Part shown: positions 1 to 9,887 of the stretch, in pieces
How the letters are laid out: each line of letters starts with the position of its first letter
How positions within the stretch are numbered: position 1 is the first letter of the stretch
NCBI GenBank assembly: GCA_963793425.1
Contig: CAWCAG010000005.1
Location: 1,632,001 to 1,696,000 of the forward strand
DNA length: 64,000 nucleotides
From: an uncultured cyanobacterium
Lineage (GTDB): Bacteria; Cyanobacteriota; Cyanobacteriia; Cyanobacteriales; CAWCAG01
Reading direction: 5' to 3'
The notes under the pieces: model-generated
Told to the model about the DNA's origin: nothing
Database searches by the model: none
What the model saw: only the letters and a program-made list of their open reading frames with translations
Position numbers and translations under genes: made by a program

Positions 1-770
1 CGAAGATCCGCAAATATATTCTAGAAGCAATTGAGGATGCCAACCTAGAGGATTTGCCTCAAGCTGTTTATTTACCAGGTTTCATTCGTCATTATGGCAA
101 CGCAATTAAGCTAAATGGGCAGGAATTAGCCGATGCTTTTTCCCAAGTCCCTTCTACCCCTGAAGCTTCAGAAAATCTTACCTCAGAACTATCAGTTCCT
201 GTTGCTCCTGCCAGTAAAATTGCTCTGGGGAATCGAAGTGCGAACCTCAAACCAGCTTTAGCTATCTTACCCCTATTACTGTTAACTGTGGGGGCAATTG
301 GAGGCGGGCTGTTCTTTTGGCAGCGTCAATCGTCCCAGAATTTGGTAAATACAGATTCTGAACCAAACAAACCAGAAGGAGAAGCTAAGCCCGGCGTGGT
401 GGAAGGTACAGTTAAACAAGAAACTGCGCCACCAAAAGTTAAACCTAGTGCTATTCCTACCCCAGAAACAGAAGCCACTCCTGCCCCCCTAACTGCCTCA
501 GCAACAGATGCTTTAGCTGTTAAGGTAAGTCTAGAAGGATCTTCTTGGATGCAGGTTAAAATCGACGGCAAAACCGAATTTGAGGGAACTTTAAATGAAG
601 GAGATGAAAAAGTCTGGAAAGCTGAAAAAGAGTTAATCATTCGTTCCGGAAATGCTGGGGTAGTGAAAGTTACCCAAGGTGAACAACCAGCAAAGGTTTT
701 AGGGCAACCAGGGGCTGTGGAAGAGGTGATTTTAACGGCAAATCAGTCATCAGTTATCAATGATCAATAA
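1..770 (+). CDS. rodZ: RodZ-like protein (HTH, transmembrane segment, DUF4115); 5' end lies outside the window
   Basis: The frame is open from position 3 (KIRKYILEAIEDANLEDLPQAVYLPGFIRHYG, a RodZ HTH motif), followed by one TM segment and C-terminal SWMQVKIDGK..FEG..GNAG. Confidence 0.8.
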   Translation, partial: KIRKYILEAIEDANLEDLPQAVYLPGFIRHYGNAIKLNGQELADAFSQVPSTPEASENLTSELSVPVAPASKIALGNRSANLKPALAILPLLLLTVGAIGGGLFFWQRQSSQNLVNTDSEPNKPEGEAKPGVVEGTVKQETAPPKVKPSAIPTPETEATPAPLTASATDALAVKVSLEGSSWMQVKIDGKTEFEGTLNEGDEKVWKAEKELIIRSGNAGVVKVTQGEQPAKVLGQPGAVEEVILTANQSSVINDQ

Positions 771-774
771 GTAA

Positions 775-840
775 TCAATGATGCCTAATGGCAACGGCAA
801 GCCGTACAATGATGTCTACGACAACGGCAAGCCGAACAGT
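775..840. repeat. Short dispersed cyanobacterial repeat (GCCTAAyGGyAACGGCAA..GTAC), two tandem units
   Basis: atgcctaatggcaacggcaagccgtaca and atgtctacgacaacggcaagccgaaca; a further copy occurs at 45757-45790. Confidence 0.6.
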
Positions 841-880
841 CTATCTTCCCAGCTCCCCAGCTCCCCAGCTCCCTATCTTC

Positions 881-1744
881 TCAGGGTGTATCTTCCAATA
901 CAGACTTTTGGGCGAATCTTAGTTTTGCAGAACGAGAACGGGGATTTTGTTCTATTTCTTCCGGTTGAGGGATGATTGGCTTTTTGGTGATTACCTGCAA
1001 TTGAGGAGAGTCGCGGAAACGGTGTTTAACAAGGCGATCTTCTAAGCTATGGAAGCTGATCACACCGATTCTACCATTGGGTTTTAACCAGCTAGGAGCG
1101 TTGTCGAGAAAAGTTTCCAACGATTGTAATTCTTGGTTAACGGCGATGCGTAGGGCTTGGAAAACGCGAGTTGCTGGGTGAATTCTACCATAGCGGTATT
1201 TTTTCGGGACAGTAGAGGCGATCGCCTTAGCGAGTTCGGTTGTAGTTTGGAAAGGGCGTTGTTCCACAATACGTCTGGCGATGCGCCGAGATTTTCTTTC
1301 TTCGCCATACTGGTAAAAAGTATCTGCTAAAGCTTTTTCTTGCCAATGGTTAATAATTTCTGCTGCGGTTAAAGATTGGTTGCGATCCATACGCATATCT
1401 AATGCAGCTTCGTGACGGAAACTAAAACCTCTTTCTGGGATATCAAATTGTGCTGAACTAACTCCTAAGTCAGCAATAATACCATCAAAAAGTAAGGAAC
1501 CAGGATTATATTTAGCAAAGTTTCCTTGCCAATAATTAAGCTGTTTTTCGTAAGCAGCTAAGTTATTTGAACTGGCTTTAATTGCTTCTTCATCACGATC
1601 AATAGCAGTTAATTTAACTTCCGGTGCAGCTTGTAAGATTAACTTGCTATGACCTCCTCTACCCAGGGTGGCATCTAAGTAATGTCCTCCGGGAATAATA
1701 TTTAATCCGGCAATTAATTCTTGAGGTAAAACAGGTATATGCAT
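881..1744 (-). CDS. rsmH: 16S rRNA m4C1402 methyltransferase
   Basis: [64 protein letters not shown]. Confidence 0.97.
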   Translation of the reverse strand: MHIPVLPQELIAGLNIIPGGHYLDATLGRGGHSKLILQAAPEVKLTAIDRDEEAIKASSNNLAAYEKQLNYWQGNFAKYNPGSLLFDGIIADLGVSSAQFDIPERGFSFRHEAALDMRMDRNQSLTAAEIINHWQEKALADTFYQYGEERKSRRIARRIVEQRPFQTTTELAKAIASTVPKKYRYGRIHPATRVFQALRIAVNQELQSLETFLDNAPSWLKPNGRIGVISFHSLEDRLVKHRFRDSPQLQVITKKPIIPQPEEIEQNPRSRSAKLRFAQKSVLEDTP

Positions 1745-1758
1745 AGTTTAAATATGTT

Positions 1759-2042
1759 TTAGTCCTCAATTTTTTGCAGACCGAAAAACCAATTAGATTC
1801 GTATCGTTCATCTAGCCTTGGGTCAACTAGCATTGGTTGATTTATTGATGATTCCTTAATTACCACTTTTGCCCCGATGTTATTTAAACGACTGGCAAAC
1901 TTCTCTGCCAAATCTTTTTTGTATAAGCCAATAAACCCTTGGCTTCTTTTAAGCCCCAGCCACCTAATTCTCGAAAAATACGAAGCAGTGGCAAATGTTT
2001 ATTAGGAAGGGTTTCTATGACAACTTCATATTTTTTCTGCAT
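1759..2042 (-). pseudogene. Frameshifted or internally deleted protein resembling the C-terminal domain of ribosomal protein L7/L12
   Basis: Manual translation gives MQKKYEVVIETLPNKHLPLLRIFRELGGWGLKEAKGLLAY; a shifted frame then gives KKDLAEKFASRLNNIGAKVVIK...IED*. Both parts resemble the bL12 CTD motifs RELTGLGLKEAK and AE..K..LE..GAKV. Confidence 0.55.
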
Positions 2043-2687
2043 CTACACCTCTTGATCTTGAACTAATAAAAGAGCATCAATATCAGCAGCAACAATTTTT
2101 TCTAGATTAGCTGTGATTTTTTTGATATCCCAATTCCACCAAGCAATTTCTAGTAATTTATTGATAATCTCTTCTGTAAATCTTGGTTTGATTATTTTGG
2201 CAGGATTTCCTCCTACTATAGTGTAGGGCGCTACGTTATTAACTACAACAGATTTAGCAGCAATTATTGCTCCGTGACCAATTTGTACTCCAGGCATAAT
2301 AACAGATTCATAACCAATCCAGACATCATTCCCAATTACAGTATCACCTTTAAAAGGAAATTCATCATCTTTTGGGGTTACTTTTTCCCAGCCATTACCA
2401 AAGATTTGAAAAGGATAGGTAGAAAATCCTGATATTTTGTGATTAGCGCCGTTCATAATAAATTTAATGCCTCTAGCTAAGGCACAAAATTTACCGATGA
2501 TTAGTTTATCTTTGCTAAAAGAATAGTGGTAAAGTACGTTGCGTTCAAAGTTTTCTGAATCTTCTGGATCATCATAATATGTATAATCGCCAATAATAAT
2601 TTTAGGATTAGTCACTGTGTTTTTAATAAAGCAAATTTGCGGAAATCCCGCCAGAGGATGTTTTTTTCGAGGATCTGCACCGTACAA
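2043..2687 (-). CDS. Vat/CatB-family xenobiotic (streptogramin A-type) O-acetyltransferase
   Basis: IIIGDYTYYDDP, DKLIIGKFCAL, FIMNGANH, STYPF, KGDTVIGNDVWIG hexapeptide repeats, IAWWNWD. Confidence 0.9.
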   Translation of the reverse strand: MYGADPRKKHPLAGFPQICFIKNTVTNPKIIIGDYTYYDDPEDSENFERNVLYHYSFSKDKLIIGKFCALARGIKFIMNGANHKISGFSTYPFQIFGNGWEKVTPKDDEFPFKGDTVIGNDVWIGYESVIMPGVQIGHGAIIAAKSVVVNNVAPYTIVGGNPAKIIKPRFTEEIINKLLEIAWWNWDIKKITANLEKIVAADIDALLLVQDQEV

Positions 2688-2777
2688 AATAATCTCCGGT
2701 AAGTTATCAAAATTTTAATTAAATTGTTGAGTTTGACGAGGGGAATAATAGATTGAGAAAGAATGTTGTTGTTTATT

Positions 2778-3137
2778 TTAGAATCCACAAGCTAAGGTAT
2801 CAATTATATACTTACTTTTTTCTCTGCCTACCTGTTGGTATATTTCTAAGAGTTCTTCATAAGCTGTTTCTCCACCTATAACATTCCAAAATTCGTCGCC
2901 AATCACGGCAGCCTCATCAAAGGGAAAATAATTACGTATATACGACCATTTATAATCTGCTCTAAAAAAACCATAAGGATTGTAAGTCATAGCATAGTAG
3001 CTCTGAAGTTGAGGACGATTAAGACCACGTAATAAATGAAATCTAAGTAAACGTTGTAAGACTTCTAAGCATTGTCCTTTATTCGGTTCTAAATATCCTT
3101 TAATTCGTTCGCGAGTTCGCGCACTAATAGCAGCCAT
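2778..3137 (-). pseudogene. TdeIII-family type II restriction endonuclease with an in-frame central deletion
   Basis: The N-terminus MAAISARTRERIKGYLE joins directly to PNKGQC..RLL, YYAMTYNPYG and IGDEFWNVIGG..AYEELLEIY. It is only 119 aa, lacks the PD-(D/E)xK core and lies directly downstream of a C5-MTase. Confidence 0.7.
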
Positions 3138-3152
3138 AATTGTTTTAAATAT

Positions 3153-4586
3153 TTAGGTGATTATGTTTAAAAGAGATTTAGCCAGATAATAAACCACTGG
3201 GACAGAAACAGCATTGCCAAGTTGCTTTTTAGCTAAACTTTATTCTTTAGCTAAAATAAACCAATTAGGGAAACCTTGTAATCTCGCATAATCTCTCGCA
3301 GATAAAGGTTTAAATTTTTGTCTCTTATAGATTTTTTCGATAAAGTTTCTCTTATATATTTCTGGCTTTTGACATTTAAGAGAAACCGTAGCTACAAAAT
3401 CTCTAGTTCCGGTAGCTGTCAGAGTTCCAATTACTTCTGAGTGAGGTAAATAAATTTTAGCGATACCATTAATACCTGTAGAAATTTTAGAGTTGACAAA
3501 TTCATAACCCTTGGCAGGAATATAACGCAAAATATTTTTAGTTACCAAACTATCAAGTTCATTTAAAGTAAGGTCAGGAATTAATTCTTTTAATACCGAT
3601 AAATTTAAAGGATTGCCATCTTTCTCTCCATATTTTTTCTTCCGTCTATTTTTAAGAATTGTCTGACAAATACACTTTTCTTGGGGAGTAGTTGTAGTTA
3701 AATCCCAGGAATGGATAGTTGTATGTCCATCTCGTATATCAGCAAAAGTAAAAAAGTCATTTAACTCGTCATCTTTTTGAAATCTGCCGCGAGAAACAGG
3801 TTTGTTTTCGCCGAATAGTTCTTGAGGAGAAAACTTCTTTTTATTAATCTGGCTAGCTTTGATACCTTCAACAAATTGGTAAAGTTTAGGCTTTTTACCT
3901 GAAGGTAGAGGGAATTGAAAATAATTACTTTTGTTGATGTCTTTTCTAACGCCAACTACAAAGACTCTTTCTCTATCTTGAGATAAGCCAAAATCGTAGG
4001 AATTAATCACACTCCACTGTATTTGATATCCTAACTCTCGAAGACTCGTTAAAATAAAAGCAAAACTTTCTTGATGCCTTGGTTCGGTTAAACCTTTAAC
4101 ATTTTCCCAGATAAAACCCTTGGGCTGATTTGCTTTAACTATTCTAACTACGTCATGCCAGAGTTTACCTCTTGGGTCTTGAAAACCTTTGATTTTTCCG
4201 GCAATAGACCAAGGTTGACAAGGCACTCCACCTACTAATAAATCGATGTTAGTAAAGGGCAATTTTCCTAGCTTAGTAATATCTCCCAAGTTAATCTCAT
4301 CAGTATTAAAATAACTACTAAAATTGTTTTGGTAAACAGCAACAGATTTGGCGTTAATTTCTGAATAACCTAAACATTTACCACCTAACTCTTCTAAAGG
4401 AATTCTAAAACCACCAATACCAGCAAAAAGATCGACAAAGGTAAAAGAATAGCTATTTCTAATTTCTAGATTCAGGGGCTTAGCTAAATTAAACAACTCT
4501 AGCTGCTGAATTTCCTGTTCTCTTTCCGCCTTTCCTACAGTCATAATCGCAATAGGCTTATTTTCCCTCTCCATATCAATTAACAA
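3153..4586 (-). pseudogene. C5-cytosine DNA methyltransferase with a premature stop before motif X
   Basis: DLFAGIGG, GGVPCQPWS, WENVKG, QDRERVF and RLQGFP motifs. The TAA at 3240-3242 is followed in frame by SLAKKQLGNAVSVPVVYYLAKSLLNIIT* ending at 3153. Confidence 0.88.
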
Positions 4587-4669
4587 TTAGCAAATATGTT
4601 CATTCCAACATAAAAAGTGGTCATATTTTATGCTAATCGTTGATTTGGTCATTTATCGGTGAAATACAT

Positions 4670-6061
4670 ATGGTGGATCTTACTCCTAACCCCAGCTTCA
4701 GTTTAAGTATTCGCGTCAGCATTCCTAATCAGGCTGGTAGTTTGGCGCGAGTTACCCAGGCGATCGCCTCTTGTGGGGGAAATTTAGGTCAAATTTCTTT
4801 GATAGAACAAACTCGCAAAGTTTCAGTGCGAGAAATTACAGTAGATGCCTCAAGTAGTGAACACGCAGAGAAAATTGTGGAGGCGGTGCAAGCTTTACCA
4901 GACACCAAAGTATTGAAGATTTCTGATCGTACTTTTGATCTCCATCGGGGGGGCAAAATCCACATTCAAAGTAGTTTACCCCTCAAAGCCCAGTCTGACT
5001 TGGCTATGGCTTATACTCCTGGGGTAGGGCGCATTTGTAAGGCGATCGCGAACAATCCTGAAGAGGTTTATTCTTTAACGATTAAAAGCAATACCGTAGC
5101 AATTGTTACTGATGGTAGTGCTGTATTAGGGTTAGGAAACCTGGGGGCAGAAGGTGCTTTACCAGTGATGGAAGGTAAAGCCATGCTTTTCAAGGAATTT
5201 GCGGGTATTGATGCTTTCCCCATCTGTTTAGCTACCCAAGACACCGATGCCATCGTCGAAACTGTCAAAAACTTAGCCCCGGTATTTGGTGGAGTTAACT
5301 TAGAAGATATTAGCGCCCCTCGGTGTTTTGAAATTGAAAAACGTTTGCGGCGAGAATTAGATATTCCGGTTTTTCATGATGATCAACACGGCACAGCAAT
5401 TGTCGTTTTAGCCGCACTCTACAATGCCCTGAAACTGGTCAAAAAGTCCTTAGAAGAGGTAAAAATTGTCATCAATGGGGCGGGGGCTGCGGGGGTGGCG
5501 ATCGCTTCTTTATTACGCAAAGCGGGGGCCAAAACCATCTGGCTATGCGACTCCAAAGGTTTGATTTCCACCAGTCGTAATGATCTCAATCCTCAAAAAC
5601 AAGCCTTCGCCGTCGAAGCTAGCGGCACTTTAGCCGGGGCATTAAAAGAAGCAGATATTTTCCTAGGAGTAAGCGCCCCTGGAGTCTTAAGCTTAGAAAT
5701 GGTAGAGTCTATGGCGAAAGATGCCATTGTTATGGCGATGGCCAACCCAATTCCCGAAATTCAGCCAGAATTAGTAGATAATAAGGTTGCGGTTATTGCC
5801 ACCGGCCGCAGCGATTATGCCAACCAAATTAACAATGTTCTCGCCTTTCCTGGGGTTTTTCGGGGTGCATTAGACTGTCGGGCTGGGGCTTTAACCACCA
5901 ATATGTATCTAGAAGCCGCTAATGCGATCGCCTCCTTAGTTTGTCCCACAGATTTAGACAGAGAACATATAATCCCCTCTGTCTTCGACGAAAGAGTAGC
6001 CACCGCCGTAGCATCTGCTGTACAAAGGGCAGCAAGACAAGATGGGGTAGCAAAGAAGTAA
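4670..6061 (+). CDS. NAD(P)-dependent malic enzyme with N-terminal ACT domain
   Basis: AYTPGVG, VTDGSAVLGLG, PVMEGKAMLFK, NLEDISAP, FHDDQHGT, GAGAAG, NQINNVLAFPG; likely start is the ATG at 4670. Confidence 0.95.
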   Translation: MVDLTPNPSFSLSIRVSIPNQAGSLARVTQAIASCGGNLGQISLIEQTRKVSVREITVDASSSEHAEKIVEAVQALPDTKVLKISDRTFDLHRGGKIHIQSSLPLKAQSDLAMAYTPGVGRICKAIANNPEEVYSLTIKSNTVAIVTDGSAVLGLGNLGAEGALPVMEGKAMLFKEFAGIDAFPICLATQDTDAIVETVKNLAPVFGGVNLEDISAPRCFEIEKRLRRELDIPVFHDDQHGTAIVVLAALYNALKLVKKSLEEVKIVINGAGAAGVAIASLLRKAGAKTIWLCDSKGLISTSRNDLNPQKQAFAVEASGTLAGALKEADIFLGVSAPGVLSLEMVESMAKDAIVMAMANPIPEIQPELVDNKVAVIATGRSDYANQINNVLAFPGVFRGALDCRAGALTTNMYLEAANAIASLVCPTDLDREHIIPSVFDERVATAVASAVQRAARQDGVAKK

Positions 6062-6172
6062 GTTGCTAATGGCTAATTGCTAATTGCTAATTGCCAATCG
6101 CTAATCATTCTGGAAACATCTTAGTTATTTATCAGCAAAAAATGATAAATGATAAATGATAAATGATAAATG
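6061..6172. repeat. Short tandemly repeated repetitive (STRR) heptamers TTGCTAA and AATGATA
   Basis: gctaattgctaattgctaattgcc and aatgataaatgataaatgataaatgata. Confidence 0.85.
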
Positions 6173-7668
6173 AAATGACTATCTCGAAAAAAACTAGATT
6201 CCTTGCCAACATTAAAGCGAAAAATAAAAGAGTTCGTACTGCTAGTCTTTGGTTTGAAAGGTTGATGGCAATTCTGGCTGCTATCAACCTGATTTTAGTA
6301 CTATTTGACTTAAGCTACATTCCCTTAAGAAATTTTTGGCTACAAGGCAGAATCAATGTTTTTGGGGTTTTGCTTGAAGTACCTCTTCCCCCAGTAACTG
6401 ATTGGTATGATCCCATCAAAGGTATTGAACCAGAAAGAGATACAACTACATACTTAAAGCAAGTAGAGGAATTAGAAAATCAACTAATTGGTGAAACTTT
6501 AACTTCTCCAGATGTCGCCAAAGTTCTTGAAGAACTACGTTTTAGAAGTATGGAAATGATTGATACTAATCCTTTTGAAATTGCTAATAAAACAGGGACT
6601 TTGGAAAGAATTAAAAATCGGATGCGGGAGCATATTTTCGATACAGAAGATGCTTCTTCTAAGGAAGCATTTCAGCAATTTTGGAGTCAAGAATATTTAA
6701 CTCAAAATAATGCTAAGGAAGAACTAGAGTTTTTCAACACAGAAATTCGCCCCTTAATGGAAATCAACTATTATCGCCCCATTGGTGAAAATGGGGAACC
6801 TTTTGATAGATTTGGTTTCCTTGACTTTCCTTTTGTAGTCGTTTTTGCCATAGAATTAATTGCTCGTAGTTGGTTTATTAGTCGTAGTCGGACTGGGGTT
6901 AGTTGGTTAGATGCAATATTGTGGCGGTGGTACGATATTTTTCTGTTAATTCCTGTTTTTCGGTGGTTACGTTTTATTCCTGTCACCATTCGTTTGAGCC
7001 AAGCAAGATTAATTGATCTTAATGCTATTAAAAAGCAAGCAAGTCAAGGTTTTGTGGCAGGAATTGCAGAAGATTTAACGGAGGTGGTAATTGTTAGTAC
7101 CCTCAACCAAGTTCAAGGTTCTGTTCGTCGAGGGGAAATTGCCAAAATGATATCTCGGCAAGAGGCTAATCCTTATATTGATATTAACAATACTAACGAG
7201 ACAGCAGAAATTACCAAGTTAGTAATCGAAATGTTTGTCTATCAAGTATTGCCAAAAATTAAACCGGATGTCGAAGCATTATTACAACATAATATTAGCA
7301 AAGTTTTTACTGAGTTACCGGCTCATGAAGGTATGCAAATGCTTCCGGGAGTAGAAACTATAGAAAGAAATTTAATTAAACAACTATCAGCAAGAATTTT
7401 TCAAACAATTGATAAAAGTCTCCAAGGTGCTTTAAAAAAGGATAAAGTTAATGAGGAGTTGATGGAGAATTTAATAGAAAAACTTAGTAAAGTTTTAGCT
7501 GAAGAAATTCAAGCAAAACAAACGATAGAAACTATTCAATCTTTATTAGATACTCTCATTGAAGAAATCAAAATCAATTATGTTGAGCGTCTTTCTCAAG
7601 AAGATGTTGAAGAAATTTTAGAACAAACAAGAGCTTTACGTCAAATGACTCAGAACATTGAACGTTAA
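6163..7668 (+). CDS. Conserved cyanobacterial membrane protein of unknown function
   Basis: 501-aa ORF with TM segments (LAAINLILVLFDLSYIPLR, WRWYDIFLLIP.FRWLR) and a helical C-terminus. Confidence 0.7.
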   Translation: MINEMTISKKTRFLANIKAKNKRVRTASLWFERLMAILAAINLILVLFDLSYIPLRNFWLQGRINVFGVLLEVPLPPVTDWYDPIKGIEPERDTTTYLKQVEELENQLIGETLTSPDVAKVLEELRFRSMEMIDTNPFEIANKTGTLERIKNRMREHIFDTEDASSKEAFQQFWSQEYLTQNNAKEELEFFNTEIRPLMEINYYRPIGENGEPFDRFGFLDFPFVVVFAIELIARSWFISRSRTGVSWLDAILWRWYDIFLLIPVFRWLRFIPVTIRLSQARLIDLNAIKKQASQGFVAGIAEDLTEVVIVSTLNQVQGSVRRGEIAKMISRQEANPYIDINNTNETAEITKLVIEMFVYQVLPKIKPDVEALLQHNISKVFTELPAHEGMQMLPGVETIERNLIKQLSARIFQTIDKSLQGALKKDKVNEELMENLIEKLSKVLAEEIQAKQTIETIQSLLDTLIEEIKINYVERLSQEDVEEILEQTRALRQMTQNIER

Positions 7669-7725
7669 ACATTTATCATTTTAGTTTCTGGAGATGGCAA
7701 AGAGTTCGCTTAAAAGTTCTGTTTC

Positions 7726-7814
7726 ACTTATTACTTATTACTTATTACTTATTACTCATTACTTATTACTTATTACTCATTACTCATTACTCATTACTCA
7801 TTACTTATTACTCA
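7726..7814. repeat. STRR heptamer array (TTACTTA/TTACTCA)
   Basis: About a dozen tandem 7-mers are visible and overlap the xisI stop codon. Confidence 0.9.
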
Positions 7815-8151
7815 TTTCCTCCTTTCCCCAAGAATTAAATTGTCTTTTGAAAGGGGAATGGAAACCAATAATGATATCTGAACGTGGTACACCCATCTCT
7901 ACTAATTGTTCCGCAACAGAATCTTCTGTGCCATTATATTGCAGCCAAATTTTACCATCAATAATATCAAAGTGCATCACCGGGCCAAATACTCGCTTGT
8001 ATCCTCGCCAACCGACATAAGAAAGTTGATAATGATCATGTTCTGTATCAAAAATTAGTTGTGAATCAACCAATTCGTTGCTAGTATTAAGAGGAGCGTG
8101 TTCAGTTAAAATCTGCTTGATAAATTTTCTGTATTGTTCTATCTTATCCAC
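7801..8151 (-). CDS. xisI: XisI family protein
   Basis: QLIFDTEHDHYQL..VGW, HFDIIDGKIWLQYNGTE, LVEMGVPRSDIIIGFHSP. Confidence 0.92.
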   Translation of the reverse strand: MDKIEQYRKFIKQILTEHAPLNTSNELVDSQLIFDTEHDHYQLSYVGWRGYKRVFGPVMHFDIIDGKIWLQYNGTEDSVAEQLVEMGVPRSDIIIGFHSPFKRQFNSWGKEEMSNK

Positions 8152-8251
8152 TGCTTAATCTCCTCTTTTACCGGATCATAAGTTAATAAGTTAATTTGAT
8201 AACGTTTGATGCTACGTTGAACAAAAGGAAATGGAAAATATCTTTAGCCAT
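8139..8251 (-). pseudogene. xisH: XisH remnant with a central deletion
   Basis: The start MAKDIFH is joined out of frame to the XisH C-terminus PFVQRSIKRYQINLLTYDPVKEEIKQWIR*, which overlaps the xisI start as expected. Confidence 0.8.
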
Positions 8252-8427
8252 CTACTTTAGCTTCTACTTTCCTTTGCATATCTATGATACCAAACAAGCT
8301 TTATTAGTGATCTAATCAATCTAAACATAGTTTAGTTAAGAATTTTATCTTCGAGGTTTTTTAACTGTCACAGAAGTATAAAAGCCAACAACAACTAGAG
8401 GTAAGCTTACAACTACATAAGCATTAC

Positions 8428-9840
8428 TTGAATAAGATCATGGTGACAGAGAAGTTTCGCCACCAATTGCAGCAAGAAGCAAAACAGTGGCAACAAGAAG
8501 GATTAATTAATTCTAGTTTGTACGAAAACTTGGCTACTCGCTATCAATTCGGCGAGTTAGAAACCTCAGCGAGAAATCGCTTTGTGATGATTATGCTGGG
8601 GCTGGGGAGTATTTTGCTTAGCTTAGCTGTAATTACGTTTATAGCCGCTAATTGGCAGGTTTGGTCAAGGGAATTAAAAGTAGTTTTGCTACTAAGTTTA
8701 TTCATCATCATCAACACAGCAGGATTTTATCTCTGGCGACAACCTGAACAATCTTGGCAATTCCGTTCGGGGCAAGGATTACTGTTGCTAGGATCTTTGG
8801 TTATGGGGGCAAACATAGCACTAATGTCCCAAATGTTCCACCAAACTGGGCCAGTTTATCAACTGTACCTTATTTGGGGTGCAGGGGTATTAGTGATGGC
8901 TTATCTTTTAAGATCGACTTTGTTAGGAATCCTGGCTACAATCCTCATTACTATTAGCCATTTTACGGGATGGCAAAATACATGGATTTATGCCGCATTT
9001 CCTGATGGGCTTTCTTACCAGCTTGTCTGGCAACATTTACCTCTGGTAGCTAGTGTAGCTTTAATTCCTTTAGCATACTGGTGTCGTTCTCGTTGGATTT
9101 TTGCTATAAGTGCAGTCTTAATCGCCTTTTCTGTGCAAACTAACCTAGGTGTGTATTGGCAAATAGGATTTATAGCTGCGATCGCCCTAAGTTTGCCTCC
9201 TGGCTTATTATGGGGCTATCAAGATTACTTTTGGTTAAATGATGACGGTGACAGAGTAAGTTTGTTTGCACCCATCGCCCGTGGCTTAGCAATTTTCAAT
9301 CTTAGTGTACTGTTTTATGCCTTTTCCTTTCACTACCTCTGGGAAGTGCCTCAATCTGTATATGGATCAGCCCCAACCTTATCATCTCAAGACTGGCCGG
9401 TTTTATTAGATCCTTTCCTCCTCACAGCCCTGACCATATTTTTCTGGTTGCGTTTAAGCTATTCAGTCAATCGTCGTCGCTGGCGTTTAGATTCTACCTC
9501 TGGGGTAATTGCCCTGATGATTTTAACTATGGGTGCAGTTTGTTGGTGGCATATTAGCATCAATTCCTTAGAAATCTTCGCTACTTTAATCTTTAACATC
9601 TTGCTAGGTTTGTTAGGTATTGGCTTAATTCGAGAAGCTTTAGGGGATGGCAGAAGATTAGGCTTTTGGTGGGGAATTATCTTAGTGGTAGTGCAAATTC
9701 TTTCTCGGATGTTGGAATACGACACCAGCTTAGTCCTCAAAGCCTTTGTTTTATTCCTTTGCGGCATTGGTGTAATTGCTGCTGGGCTTTGGTTTGAACG
9801 CTATGTTAGAACCCTACGCAACCTGCCAGAAGGTAGCTAA
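8428..9840 (+). CDS. DUF2157 membrane protein
   Basis: WQQEGLI, LGSILLSLAVITFIAANWQ, GANIALMSQMFH and many TM helices; paired with a GDYXXLXY gene. Confidence 0.85.
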   Translation: MNKIMVTEKFRHQLQQEAKQWQQEGLINSSLYENLATRYQFGELETSARNRFVMIMLGLGSILLSLAVITFIAANWQVWSRELKVVLLLSLFIIINTAGFYLWRQPEQSWQFRSGQGLLLLGSLVMGANIALMSQMFHQTGPVYQLYLIWGAGVLVMAYLLRSTLLGILATILITISHFTGWQNTWIYAAFPDGLSYQLVWQHLPLVASVALIPLAYWCRSRWIFAISAVLIAFSVQTNLGVYWQIGFIAAIALSLPPGLLWGYQDYFWLNDDGDRVSLFAPIARGLAIFNLSVLFYAFSFHYLWEVPQSVYGSAPTLSSQDWPVLLDPFLLTALTIFFWLRLSYSVNRRRWRLDSTSGVIALMILTMGAVCWWHISINSLEIFATLIFNILLGLLGIGLIREALGDGRRLGFWWGIILVVVQILSRMLEYDTSLVLKAFVLFLCGIGVIAAGLWFERYVRTLRNLPEGS

Positions 9841-9887
9841 GTTCAAAATTATTGCAGTGAAAAAGAAGCAAAAAAAATTAAAAACCA

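Noticed and set aside
778..975. ORFs beginning MMPNGNGK (also 45755-46216)
   Set aside because: The shared start comes from the dispersed DNA repeat; the remainders are antisense to rsmH and urtC
1759..2042. Functional link between the bL12-CTD-like gene and the CARF gene (Cami1 binds bL12)
   Set aside because: They are 53 kb apart, both are broken, and the CARF C-terminus is not shown to be RelE
7694..8020. 108-aa ORF with LLITHY repeats
   Set aside because: It is a translation of the STRR heptamer array and lies antisense to xisI
7801..8251. fdxN-type excision element implied by xisH/xisI
   Set aside because: There is no xisF recombinase or interrupted target gene, and xisHI pairs are commonly dispersed in cyanobacteria
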